This document shows, one piece after another, positions 35,376-44,010 of a DNA stretch of 64,000 nt. The number at the start of each line of letters is the position of its first letter. Positions within the stretch are counted from its first letter, which is position 1. A model generated the notes under the pieces. That model ran no database searches, had not been told where the DNA came from, and was given only the letters and a program-made list of their open reading frames with translations. Source of the DNA: Nitrospirales bacterium (lineage in GTDB: Bacteria > Nitrospirota > Nitrospiria > Nitrospirales > UBA8639); assembly GCA_022825885.1 (NCBI GenBank), contig JAJDVY010000033.1, positions 10,067-74,066 on the forward strand, written 5' to 3'. Made by a program: the position numbers and the translations under genes.

Positions 35376-36269
35376 CTATTCCCCTTTGAGCGGATAATAT
35401 TTGATGACCGAACTGGTTTTGTCCTGGAACAGCCCGCTGGCGCCTGCTTTGATGGCTCGTTGTCCTTGTGGCGACAGGACGTAGTCGAGAAAGGCCCGGG
35501 CGACCGGAGAGGCATTGGGGTTCATGACGAAGACGACCGGCCGGCGCAGGGGATAGGTGCCGTCCAGGACCGTTTGGTATTCGGGTTCGACGTCGTCAAC
35601 GAACAGAAGGGTCACGCCATACCCGTCTTTACGCGCTTGTAAAGCGGGCCCCATCGAGACGTAGGATATGGAATAGATGTCACCATTGATGGCCTTGAAG
35701 GTTTCATTTTCTTTTTCGACGACCTTTGCCCGGATGCCCTTATGGTTTTCAAGGCCGAGGAACGTTTCAAATGGTTGGCGGATATTTTGATTCCAGGTCC
35801 TGTGAATCAGCGAAATCTTGGCTTCCGGGCCCTCTTCGTACACTTGCGACCAGAATTTGATTTCGCCCGAGAAAATTTTTGCCAATTGTTCCCGCGTGAC
35901 GTCTTCAATGGCATTGGAAAAATTCGTCACGACGGCGATGCCGTCCCAAGCCACGGTGGTTGACGGGAGGTCTTTTTCCATTTGACCCGTCACGGCGACG
36001 TCCGCTCCATTTTCCCGAACCTCTTCGACGGGCCGGGCGTTCTGGTGCCAGAAAAAGTCAATCGAGGTTTTCGGATGCGATGCTTCAAAGTTTTTTGCCA
36101 AGGCCTCGACCGCGTACCGTTCCGGCCCATTCCCCACGATCAAGGCGGAGCCGGTCAGTTCTTCGGCGACGCCAAGCCCCGGCCATCCGAACGGCAGCAC
36201 GGCCATCAGCCAGCATGCCGCCAGTGTGTGCACGTTCGGCCATCTGGCATTGTTCCGAAGGTGCGGCAT
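35376..36269 (-). CDS. PstS-family (PBP-like) substrate-binding protein
   Basis: ORF 35376..36344. Start refined to ATG 36269, giving a signal peptide. The pattern ..LIVGNGPE..FEASHP..IDFFWHQNARP..ADVAVTG.. resembles phosphate-binding PBP_like_2 proteins. Confidence 0.55.
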   Translation of the reverse strand: MPHLRNNARWPNVHTLAACWLMAVLPFGWPGLGVAEELTGSALIVGNGPERYAVEALAKNFEASHPKTSIDFFWHQNARPVEEVRENGADVAVTGQMEKDLPSTTVAWDGIAVVTNFSNAIEDVTREQLAKIFSGEIKFWSQVYEEGPEAKISLIHRTWNQNIRQPFETFLGLENHKGIRAKVVEKENETFKAINGDIYSISYVSMGPALQARKDGYGVTLLFVDDVEPEYQTVLDGTYPLRRPVVFVMNPNASPVARAFLDYVLSPQGQRAIKAGASGLFQDKTSSVIKYYPLKGE

Positions 36270-36400
36270 GGCCGGTCTCTTATTCAGTGGAATGGGTGTC
36301 TCCTGAATGATTCGCGGTCTCATCACAATGAGCGGACGGGGCAACCCGACAAATTTCCCGATGCTTCGATTGTCCGGGGAATCGAAGGGAGTGGCGAGTG

Positions 36401-36724
36401 CTAACTTTCTCCTGAATCCGGGCCTGAGCCTGAATCCGTCGGCTGTGTCATCATGGGCGTGCCTGGAGCCTTGCGGGCCACGCCCATGAGGGGCGGAAGT
36501 TTCTTGAATTTATCCATCCGCTCATTGTACATGTCGTAGGCTTTCATTTCACCGAATCCCGGTTTATGGTCGCCTTTGATCTGGGAAGCGAACGCGGACA
36601 TGAGTCGTTGCGTATTGACGGCATTGCACTGAGGACAGACTGTTTCTCCAGCCCTGACGTTGACGGATTGGAGCAGTTCGAATTTATGGCCACAGGTGTT
36701 GCATTGATATTCATAGACAGGCAT
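36401..36724 (-). CDS. FmdB-family zinc-ribbon protein
   Basis: MPVYEYQCNTCGHKFELLQS....CPQC is the canonical FmdB/CxxC_CxxC_SSSS motif. Confidence 0.85.
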   Translation of the reverse strand: MPVYEYQCNTCGHKFELLQSVNVRAGETVCPQCNAVNTQRLMSAFASQIKGDHKPGFGEMKAYDMYNERMDKFKKLPPLMGVARKAPGTPMMTQPTDSGSGPDSGES

Positions 36725-36978
36725 GGATCAAATCGCTCCCTTGTTCCGGGTTCATGTGCGCGTCGTCGCGTTGCGTCCCATTATACAGGAATGGAATTGC
36801 CCTTGACTATGACCCAATGAAATTATTCTGCTTCTCCCTTGGACTCCGGAAGAGCGCCTCTTTCGGAGTCGCGCTAAGGGTGGGGCCGGGGGCCGCTCTT
36901 GACGCCCGCGGGTTTTCTTCTTTAAATTCCCATAGTTCCATTTGGTCTTGTTCATTTTAACGGGGTGGAGGATTACAG

Positions 36979-37158
36979 ATGTCTGTCTTGGTGAGAACGT
37001 ATCGGTTGGCAAGCGGGTTGCAACAGGTCGAACGGATTGATGACCCGGATCGTATTGAACGGTATATGAAGCTGTTTGATCGTGAAGACGTGAAAAAAAT
37101 CCAGACTGGGGCCAAGGTCAAGATTGAAAAAGATGAATGGCAGCTTCTTGATGATTGA
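36979..37158 (+). CDS. Small hypothetical protein (59 aa; below the ORF-track cutoff)
   Basis: ATG 36979 is preceded by GGTGGAGG, with stop TGA at 37156-37158. Translation: MSVLVRTYRLASGLQQVERIDDPDRIERYMKLFDREDVKKIQTGAKVKIEKDEWQLLDD. Confidence 0.35.
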   Translation: MSVLVRTYRLASGLQQVERIDDPDRIERYMKLFDREDVKKIQTGAKVKIEKDEWQLLDD

Positions 37159-37184
37159 CGCTGATCATTTCTGAGGCGCACTGT

Positions 37185-37388
37185 ATGGCTCTTTGGGTCA
37201 ACATTCGAAGGTCAGTGGATGAGGCTGTTCTGCATAAGGAGCGGTGCATCGAAGTCCCTTCCGTTCCCACCCGGTCTGATTTTTGGGAAGGGGGATGGTT
37301 TGAATATCCAGACAAAGATACGGCCCTGGACGCCTTGGAGCAGTCCGGGGTGATGCGTCAGGTGAAATGTCGTCTGTGTAAGCCGTAG
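37185..37388 (+). CDS. Small hypothetical protein (67 aa)
   Basis: In-frame ATG 37185 inside ORF 37155..37388. Translation: MALWVNIRRSVDEAVLHKERC...CRLCKP. It has two Cys pairs at its ends. No family recognised. Confidence 0.35.
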   Translation: MALWVNIRRSVDEAVLHKERCIEVPSVPTRSDFWEGGWFEYPDKDTALDALEQSGVMRQVKCRLCKP

Positions 37389-37420
37389 ATGCGTGCTCAC
37401 ATACGAGAATAACCCCTTCT

Positions 37421-37446
37421 GTCATTCCGGGCTTGACCCGGAATCC
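37421..37446. repeat. REP-like palindrome (GTCATTCCGGGCTTGACCCGGAATCC)
   Basis: 8-bp perfect arms ATTCCGGG/CCCGGAAT (37424-37444). It shares the GTCATYCC head with the elements at 11848, 11974 and 62779. Confidence 0.7.
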
Positions 37447-37503
37447 GGTGTCTTTCTCTTCAAGAAAAAAGCAAAGATCCTGGATTTCCGATTAAAAACA
37501 CCC

Positions 37504-37980
37504 ATGGCTGAAAAATTCGGTGGATATCGATGGGTCAAGGAAGGGTATCTGGACAATCGTACGCCGGGTGTTGTGGTCGGGGAGATGACGTTTGCTTCCC
37601 TGGGTCCGGTGGAATTTTGTTTGAACGGGGACTTCAACCCCGACATCGCCGGCCGGATCTTTTCCTTTCAGAACTCCCAATTCGCCGATGATCCCAACGC
37701 CGCGTCTCGTCTGCTCGATTTGGCCAGTCCCCAGGCCGGCACCGTGAGCTCGATTTCCTTTGACCCGCATCCTCTTCTTGCGCCGCACCCCTATATTGAG
37801 TGGTTTTCCCTCGATGGCGATCATTATCGCATCGAACTGCAGGATGGTGACGCCCGGCTTCTCGATCCTGACGAAGCCGTACCCTATGACGCGCAAAGCC
37901 AAAAGATCCGGGAATCGTATGCCGGTCAATCCGGACAGCCTCACGAGGAAACCCGGTCTCCCGATCAGGAGTGGTTCTAA
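37504..37980 (+). CDS. Hypothetical protein
   Basis: ORF 37393..37980. Start refined to ATG 37504 because the upstream part is the REP element. No family recognised. Confidence 0.45.
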   Translation: MAEKFGGYRWVKEGYLDNRTPGVVVGEMTFASLGPVEFCLNGDFNPDIAGRIFSFQNSQFADDPNAASRLLDLASPQAGTVSSISFDPHPLLAPHPYIEWFSLDGDHYRIELQDGDARLLDPDEAVPYDAQSQKIRESYAGQSGQPHEETRSPDQEWF

Positions 37981-37995
37981 CCAATTTCTTCCCCT

Positions 37996-39024
37996 ATGAC
38001 GAATGATCGTTTTCTGAAAGCCTGCCGCCGTGAATCCGTGGACCGAACGCCGGTTTGGTTCATGCGACAAGCGGGTCGCTACATGGCGGAATACCAACGA
38101 ATCCGGGCAAAGCACAGTATCCTGGACGTCTGCAAGACCCCGGACCTGGCCGCGGAGGTGACGCTTCAACCCATCGAACGTTTTGACTTGGACGCGGCCA
38201 TTATCTTTGCGGATATCCTGTTGCCCCTGGAGCCGATGGGACTGCAGTTGACGTTCAAGGAAGAACAGGGACCGGTCATTTTTAATCCGGTCAGACGTGA
38301 GGACGACGTGGTGCAGTTGCGCCAGGTCGCGCAAGAGGCATTCCGGTTTTCCTTCGATGCCGTCAGTTTGACGAAGAAGGCGTTGGATGGACGCGTCCCC
38401 CTCATCGGATTTGCCGGAGCCCCGTTCACCCTGGCGAGTTATGCGATTGAGGGCGGCGGCTCACGGAACTATCTCAATACCAAGCAGATGATGTTCGGCC
38501 GGCCTGATCAGTGGCACGCCTTACTCCGAAAACTTTCGGACGTGATTGTGACGTATTTGGACAACCAAATCCTGGCCGGTGTTGACGTTGTGCAAATTTT
38601 CGACAGTTGGGTGGGATGTCTGTCTCCCGCCGACTATGGCGAATACGTCTTGCCGCACGTGCAATCGGTCATCGAGCGGTTGAAACCTCAAGGGATTCCG
38701 GTTATCTATTTCGGAACGGGAACGTCGACGCTCTTGCCGCTCATGCGTAGCGCCGGCAGCGACGTCCTGGGGTTGGATTGGCACGTTGAACTCGATGAAG
38801 CATGGGCGCGGATCGGGTTCGACGTTGCCGTACAGGGTAACCTCGATCCCGTGATCCTGTTTGCGCCCCCGCCGGAAATTGAGCGTCGCATTAAGGACAT
38901 TCTGGACAGGGCCGGGAACAGGGCCGGACACATCTTCAATCTCGGCCATGGCATTCTTCCCAAGACTCCCGTGGAGCACGTCGAGTGCGCGATTGAGTTC
39001 GTCCGCAAATACAGTACTCGATAA
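37996..39024 (+). CDS. hemE: Uroporphyrinogen decarboxylase
   Basis: The signature ..RTPVWFMRQAGRYMAEYQ.. 342 aa. Confidence 0.93.
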   Translation: MTNDRFLKACRRESVDRTPVWFMRQAGRYMAEYQRIRAKHSILDVCKTPDLAAEVTLQPIERFDLDAAIIFADILLPLEPMGLQLTFKEEQGPVIFNPVRREDDVVQLRQVAQEAFRFSFDAVSLTKKALDGRVPLIGFAGAPFTLASYAIEGGGSRNYLNTKQMMFGRPDQWHALLRKLSDVIVTYLDNQILAGVDVVQIFDSWVGCLSPADYGEYVLPHVQSVIERLKPQGIPVIYFGTGTSTLLPLMRSAGSDVLGLDWHVELDEAWARIGFDVAVQGNLDPVILFAPPPEIERRIKDILDRAGNRAGHIFNLGHGILPKTPVEHVECAIEFVRKYSTR

Positions 39025-39072
39025 ACGTGGTTCGGCCTGCTCGACGTCTTTCCCCACGTGGTGTGATTCATA

Positions 39073-40521
39073 ATGGCGTCTCCCAAACGAGTGGTGATTA
39101 TCGGCGGAGGGATTTCAGGGCTTTCCGCCGCGTTTGCCCTGTATGAACGGGCCGGGAACGACAATGCGCCTCTTCAATGTACGGTGGTGGAGGGGCAGGA
39201 TCGTTTCGGCGGGAAAATCGTCACGCACCATCGTGATGGCTTGATCATGGAAGGAGGCCCTGATTCGTTCCTGACGACGAAGCCGGCGGGTTTGGCTCTC
39301 TGTGAAAAATTGGGGTTGACCTCACAATTGATCAACACCAAGACGGAAAACGCGCACACGTTTACCTATTCGAAGGGGCGGTTGCGTCAATTCCCGCAGG
39401 GGCTTATTGCCATGGTTCCGACGAAGGTCGGCCCCTTGTTTCGCAGCGGGGTGCTTTCCTGGCCCGGTATCGTGCGCATGGGAGCCGATTGGATCATCCC
39501 TCGCCGGCCCCGCACGAAAGATGAAGAAACGTTGGCGGAATTTTTCAGCCGGCGTTTGGGGTCCGAAGCCTTCAATCGCCTGATTGAGCCGTTGGTTTCG
39601 GGGATTTACGCAGGTGACGCGAATGAGTTGAGCGTGGATGCCACCTTTCCGCAACTCGTCGAATTGGAGCGCAAGTACGGCAGCCTGATCAAGGGAGCCG
39701 TGGCCATGCAGCGCGCGCGGTCTTCGCACGGGCCGACGACAACGGCCCGTACCCTGTTCACAACCTTACGCGGTGGTCTGGGTGATTTGATTGGGAGTCT
39801 GGAAGACAGGTTGTCCGGTGCGGGAGTGTCGCTTTGCCGGGGCACGAACGTGCAAGCGGTGCAAGCGGCCGGTTCCGGGCCGGGTCCGCCGTATCGGATC
39901 GAGTTGGAAGGCGGAGACAGATTGGAGGCGGAGGCCGTGATTCTTGCGACTCCCGCGTACGTTTCCGCGGAGTTTCTTCGCCCTTTCGACGAGCCGGCCG
40001 CTTTGGCGTTGGACGGCATCCCCTATGCTTCGACGATGACGATCTCGATGGTTTTTCCCGAGCCGGCCGTCAAGTCCCTGATTCGCGGCTACGGGTTTGT
40101 GGTCCCGCGCATTGAAAATCGTTCCTTGATTGCCGCGACGTGGTCATCGATGAAGTGGGCGGAACGCGCGCCCGTGGGCCAATGTCTGGTTCGGTGTTAT
40201 TTGGGTGGGCGTGGACGGGAGCCTTTGCTGGATTTGGATGATACGGAATTGACGGAACGAGCCCGTCGTGAGTTGGAAACCATTGCCGGCATTCAAAGTC
40301 TTCCTCTCCACGTGGAAGTGTATCGGTGGCCTCGAGCCATGCCCCAATATACCCGCGGGCATCGTGAACGTGTGCGGCACATTCGTGAACGTGTCGCCCG
40401 GCATCCCGGATTGTACGTGACGGGAGCGGCCTATGACGGCATTGGAATCCCGGACTGTATCCGTGACGCGGAACAGACCGCTGCAAAGCTGAGTGCGTAT
40501 TTGTGGGATCGCGTCTCGTGA
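39073..40521 (+). CDS. hemY: Protoporphyrinogen / coproporphyrinogen III oxidase (HemY/CgoX type, FAD-dependent)
   Basis: VVIIGGGISGLSAAFAL (FAD-binding). 482 aa. It follows hemE directly. Confidence 0.85.
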   Translation: MASPKRVVIIGGGISGLSAAFALYERAGNDNAPLQCTVVEGQDRFGGKIVTHHRDGLIMEGGPDSFLTTKPAGLALCEKLGLTSQLINTKTENAHTFTYSKGRLRQFPQGLIAMVPTKVGPLFRSGVLSWPGIVRMGADWIIPRRPRTKDEETLAEFFSRRLGSEAFNRLIEPLVSGIYAGDANELSVDATFPQLVELERKYGSLIKGAVAMQRARSSHGPTTTARTLFTTLRGGLGDLIGSLEDRLSGAGVSLCRGTNVQAVQAAGSGPGPPYRIELEGGDRLEAEAVILATPAYVSAEFLRPFDEPAALALDGIPYASTMTISMVFPEPAVKSLIRGYGFVVPRIENRSLIAATWSSMKWAERAPVGQCLVRCYLGGRGREPLLDLDDTELTERARRELETIAGIQSLPLHVEVYRWPRAMPQYTRGHRERVRHIRERVARHPGLYVTGAAYDGIGIPDCIRDAEQTAAKLSAYLWDRVS

Positions 40522-40546
40522 GGCGTTGTTGTCCGGTTGTGGTAAG

Positions 40547-40849
40547 ATGATGGACCGGGAAGCTCCCGTTCGAGTGCACGTCGTGGCCCAAGGTCGCGTG
40601 CAGGGCGTTGGGTTTCGAGCGTTTCTTCAGTCTCAGGCGATGAGGCGCGGGCTGAGCGGATGGGTCAGGAATTTGCCGGATGGTCGAATAGAAGCGGAAG
40701 TTGAAGGCCATCCCGTTCTTGTCGATGAAATCATTCAGGTCGTGAAACGTGGGCCATCCTTGGCAAGCGTTCAAGACGTTCAAGTAGAATGGGTCGACCC
40801 GAATGCCCAGGGTTCGTCCGATTTTCTTATTATTGCCGGCGGCGGTTAA
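40547..40849 (+). CDS. acyP: Acylphosphatase
   Basis: The signature V.GRVQGVGFRAF....A...GLSGWVRNL.DG.VE. Start refined to ATG 40547. Confidence 0.85.
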   Translation: MMDREAPVRVHVVAQGRVQGVGFRAFLQSQAMRRGLSGWVRNLPDGRIEAEVEGHPVLVDEIIQVVKRGPSLASVQDVQVEWVDPNAQGSSDFLIIAGGG

Positions 40850-40889
40850 AACGGCTTCTTTGTGAAGCCCGGCCGGAAAGGATTGATCT

Positions 40890-41405
40890 ATGGATTACAA
40901 AGCATTCATTCGAGAGATCCCGGATTTTCCCAGGCCCGGCATTTTGTTTTACGACATCACGACGTTGTTGAAGGACCCCCAAGGCTATCGAGCGGTGATT
41001 GACGACCTCACGGCTCGCTACCGGGACGACAGGATCAGCAAAGTCGTGGGAATTGAATCTCGCGGTTTCATCCTCGGAGCGCCGTTGGCGTACAACTTGG
41101 GTTCGGGATTCGTGCCGGTCCGCAAGTCCGGCAAGCTTCCCGCGGACGTGTTTGAGGTGAAGTACAATCTGGAATATGGGGCAAGTTCGTTAGCGATCCA
41201 TCGTGATGCCGTGGCGATGGAAGAACGCGTGCTGGTGGTTGATGATCTTCTGGCCACCGGCGGGACGGCGGCTGCAACGGTGGATTTATTGCGGAAATTG
41301 GGCGCGGAAATTGTCGGGTGTGCCTTTATGATTGAATTGCGGTTTTTGCAGGGACGTCAAAAAATTGAAGATTGCGAGGTTCATTCCTTGATGACTTATG
41401 ACTGA
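40890..41405 (+). CDS. apt: Adenine phosphoribosyltransferase
   Basis: ..IPDFPRPGILFYDITTLL.. and the PRPP motif VLVVDDLLATGGTA. Confidence 0.93.
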   Translation: MDYKAFIREIPDFPRPGILFYDITTLLKDPQGYRAVIDDLTARYRDDRISKVVGIESRGFILGAPLAYNLGSGFVPVRKSGKLPADVFEVKYNLEYGASSLAIHRDAVAMEERVLVVDDLLATGGTAAATVDLLRKLGAEIVGCAFMIELRFLQGRQKIEDCEVHSLMTYD

Positions 41406-41513
41406 ACTGCTATCTTTTCGAGCTTCGGCGTCGCGAACCGATGAGTATCGTTGTTGACGTTGGCAGACGAAAGAAACACGGCATTGCGGTTGCGGGGAAA
41501 AAGGAGACCGGAC

Positions 41514-42143
41514 ATGGCAGAGAAATCGGCGAAGAAACGTTCAACTCCAGTCGCCAAGCGTTCATCCAAAACGTCCAAGACGTCCAAGACGCAATCATCG
41601 GCCTCTTCCAAGAGTAAAACGCTGAAAGTGACTGCCAAAGCCGGTTCCCCTCCGGTCAAACGCAAAGCCACGGCTTCTTCGGTCAAGAGCAAAACCGCTG
41701 AACGGAAAACCGTTAAGAAAAGGACCTCGGCGACGGCGAAAACTGCCAGGCGGCTGCCTTCTTCACGATCAACGACGTTGCGGAAGATTATGCTGGAAAA
41801 ACGAGTCCAGCTTATGAAAGAAATTCAAAACCAATTGGGGCAATCATTGACGGAAGAGCAGCAACGGCGGTTTGAGTCGGCCATGGACAGTGGCGATCAG
41901 GCCTTGTTGGATCTGGAACGTGAAATGGGTATTTCCCTTCAGGAGAAACGGAACCGGGAACGGCAAATGATCGATGAAGCGCTGGTGAGCCTGGAAGAGG
42001 GGACATATGGTATTTGCGTCGAGTGCGGCACGGAAATCAGTGAAAAACGACTGGCGGTCATGCCCTTTGCCAGGCTCTGCGTCGAATGTCAGGAAAAAAT
42101 CGAGTTGCTCGAAAAAATTGAACGCGGGGAGCAACGGATCTGA
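41514..42143 (+). CDS. DksA/TraR-family C4 zinc-finger protein with a long lysine-rich N-terminal extension
   Basis: ATG 41514 follows AAGGAG. The C-terminal CVECGTEISEKRL.....RLCVECQ is a DksA-type finger preceded by a coiled coil. The first 95 or so residues are low-complexity K/S/T/A. Confidence 0.75.
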   Translation: MAEKSAKKRSTPVAKRSSKTSKTSKTQSSASSKSKTLKVTAKAGSPPVKRKATASSVKSKTAERKTVKKRTSATAKTARRLPSSRSTTLRKIMLEKRVQLMKEIQNQLGQSLTEEQQRRFESAMDSGDQALLDLEREMGISLQEKRNRERQMIDEALVSLEEGTYGICVECGTEISEKRLAVMPFARLCVECQEKIELLEKIERGEQRI

Positions 42144-42263
42144 CCTGACGACTTGCGCGTTCCCGACTCCCGCCTTTCTTGACTCGTCCGCCGCTCTCAT
42201 CATTGAATTGATTGTTCGGCCCGGTTGCGTTGTGGTGATGAGCCCCGGGTCTTTCAAGGCACG

Positions 42264-42971
42264 ATGAAAGCCGTCGTTCTGGCCAGTGGAGGGCTCGACT
42301 CAACCGTGGCGGCCGCCTTGGCTCGTCGTGAGGGGTACGCCCTGTATTTGCTCACGATCGGGTATGGACAGCGTCATCACGTTGAAATTCAAAAGGCACG
42401 GGAGATTGCCGCGTGGCTGGAGGCAGCGGAACATAAGGCCCTTCAATTGGATTTGCGAGAATTCGGCGGTTCGGCTTTGGTCGGCTCCGGAGACGTTCCC
42501 AAGAATCGGCCTGACCGGGAACGACGGACGGGCATTCCATCCACGTATGTTCCGGCGCGCAACACGATATTCCTGTCGTTGGCATTAGCCTACGCCGAGG
42601 TCGTCGATGCTTCCTGCATTTTCATCGGAGCGAACGTCTTGGATTATTCCGGCTATCCGGATTGCCGCCCCGAGTTTTTGCAGGCATTTGAACGGGTTGC
42701 CCGGCTTGGTACGAAAAAGGGGACCCATGGCGACACGGTTCAGATAAAAGCCCCGCTCTTGCTTTTGAGTAAAACCCGGATCATTCAACAAGGCTTGGCT
42801 TTGGGCGTGCCCTTCGAGTTGACGCACAGTTGTTATGATCCTCGTGAGGATGGTTTGGCCTGTGGGCAATGTGACAGTTGCCTGATCCGGTTGCAGGGGT
42901 TTCGGGCCGCCGGTCTTCAGGACCCGGCTCCCTATGCGACAATCGTCCCTGCTTCGCCGGAAGATCAGTGA
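42264..42971 (+). CDS. queC: 7-cyano-7-deazaguanine synthase
   Basis: MKAVVLASGGLDSTV (PP-loop) and the C-terminal CGQCDSC zinc motif. Confidence 0.92.
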   Translation: MKAVVLASGGLDSTVAAALARREGYALYLLTIGYGQRHHVEIQKAREIAAWLEAAEHKALQLDLREFGGSALVGSGDVPKNRPDRERRTGIPSTYVPARNTIFLSLALAYAEVVDASCIFIGANVLDYSGYPDCRPEFLQAFERVARLGTKKGTHGDTVQIKAPLLLLSKTRIIQQGLALGVPFELTHSCYDPREDGLACGQCDSCLIRLQGFRAAGLQDPAPYATIVPASPEDQ

Positions 42972-42977
42972 GGACCG

Positions 42978-43421
42978 TTGATGCGGCGTGTTGACGCAAA
43001 ACTGGCGTGGCTCGGTACGGCAGTGTTGATCTGCGTGGTTGGTTGCTCCGAGGGGCAAGGCGACCCCGGTTCAACGCATGCCTCGCATGACGGCGCCGTG
43101 CAACATGCTCCCGTGTCACGGGATGCGTCCCGACCGGTGCCCGAGGAATATCAAGCGGGGGAAAACAGGTTCAACGAACTATGCGCGCGCTGTCATGGCC
43201 TGGACGGCTTGGGGACGAATACGGGACCGCCGTTGGTGCATAAAATTTATGAGCCTTCCCATCACGCCGATTTTGCGTTCATGCGAGCGGCCATGCAGGG
43301 GGTCCGCGCGCACCACTGGAAATTTGGAAATATGCCAAAAATTTCCGAAGCCACACCCGACGACGTCAACCGGATCATCCCTTACGTCCGGTGGTTACAA
43401 CGGGAGGCGGGCATCGATTGA
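42978..43421 (+). CDS. c-type cytochrome lipoprotein
   Basis: A lipobox (LICVVGC) and a single heme-binding CARCHG motif. Confidence 0.7.
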   Translation: MMRRVDAKLAWLGTAVLICVVGCSEGQGDPGSTHASHDGAVQHAPVSRDASRPVPEEYQAGENRFNELCARCHGLDGLGTNTGPPLVHKIYEPSHHADFAFMRAAMQGVRAHHWKFGNMPKISEATPDDVNRIIPYVRWLQREAGID

Positions 43422-43438
43422 AGACCATACGGAGAAGG

Positions 43439-43681
43439 TCATTCGTAGAGCGTGTAGACCAAGTGGGTGTCGGTTTGAGCAACTCCTTCGATGGCATGAA
43501 TTTTGGTGAGGACCAATTGGGTTAGGGCTTCCTGGCTTGCCACTTCGACTTTGACGAAAATATCCGGTTTTCCCCAGCAGGCGTCAATCGTTTTGATTTC
43601 CTCGATTTGCGCCAATAAGTTTTTCACGTTTGCCGTTTGTCCAGGTAGCACGTTGATGAGAACGTAAGCGCTTTCCGGCAT
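43439..43681 (-). CDS. Stand-alone Lrp/AsnC ligand-binding (RAM) domain protein
   Basis: 80 aa. YVLINV..G....V...L..I.EI.....C.G..DIFVKV matches the AsnC_trans_reg-type pattern without an HTH. Confidence 0.6.
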   Translation of the reverse strand: MPESAYVLINVLPGQTANVKNLLAQIEEIKTIDACWGKPDIFVKVEVASQEALTQLVLTKIHAIEGVAQTDTHLVYTLYE

Positions 43682-44010
43682 TTGTCAAACTCCCTTTTTC
43701 AAAATCCTGCCCTTTGAGGGTATCCGCCAATGAACAGAACGGCAGGCTAACGCAATACGTATCTTCAAATCAAGGCAAGATGCCGTCCGCGCCACAGCGG
43801 CTGAGCCGTTTATCCGTACTCTCAGGGTGTTTGCCCCATGGTCTTTTCCAGCGATTCCAAATGGTAGCGGTGTGATCCTGCATGTTTCATGAGCCGTACT
43901 GCCGTCCGGTCCCCCGTTAATGGTTTCCCGTAAAAGACTCTTGTCACGACAAGTCAAGTATACTATTATACATAACATATGTCATGTATAATTTCTTTTA
44001 GTCTGATGAG

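Noticed and set aside
36835-36900. SRP (4.5S) RNA-like GGAA tetraloop segment (ACTCCGGAAGAGCGCC)
   Set aside because: The flanking nucleotides do not form the conserved domain IV helix (expected UCC-GGAA-GGA closure and symmetric loop), and the surrounding sequence lacks the long SRP hairpin.
37492-38334. 280-aa minus-strand ORF spanning the hypothetical gene and the hemE start
   Set aside because: It crosses an intergenic boundary and is antisense to hemE, whose PVWFMRQAGRY signature is unambiguous. Its sequence is R/G-rich and low-information.
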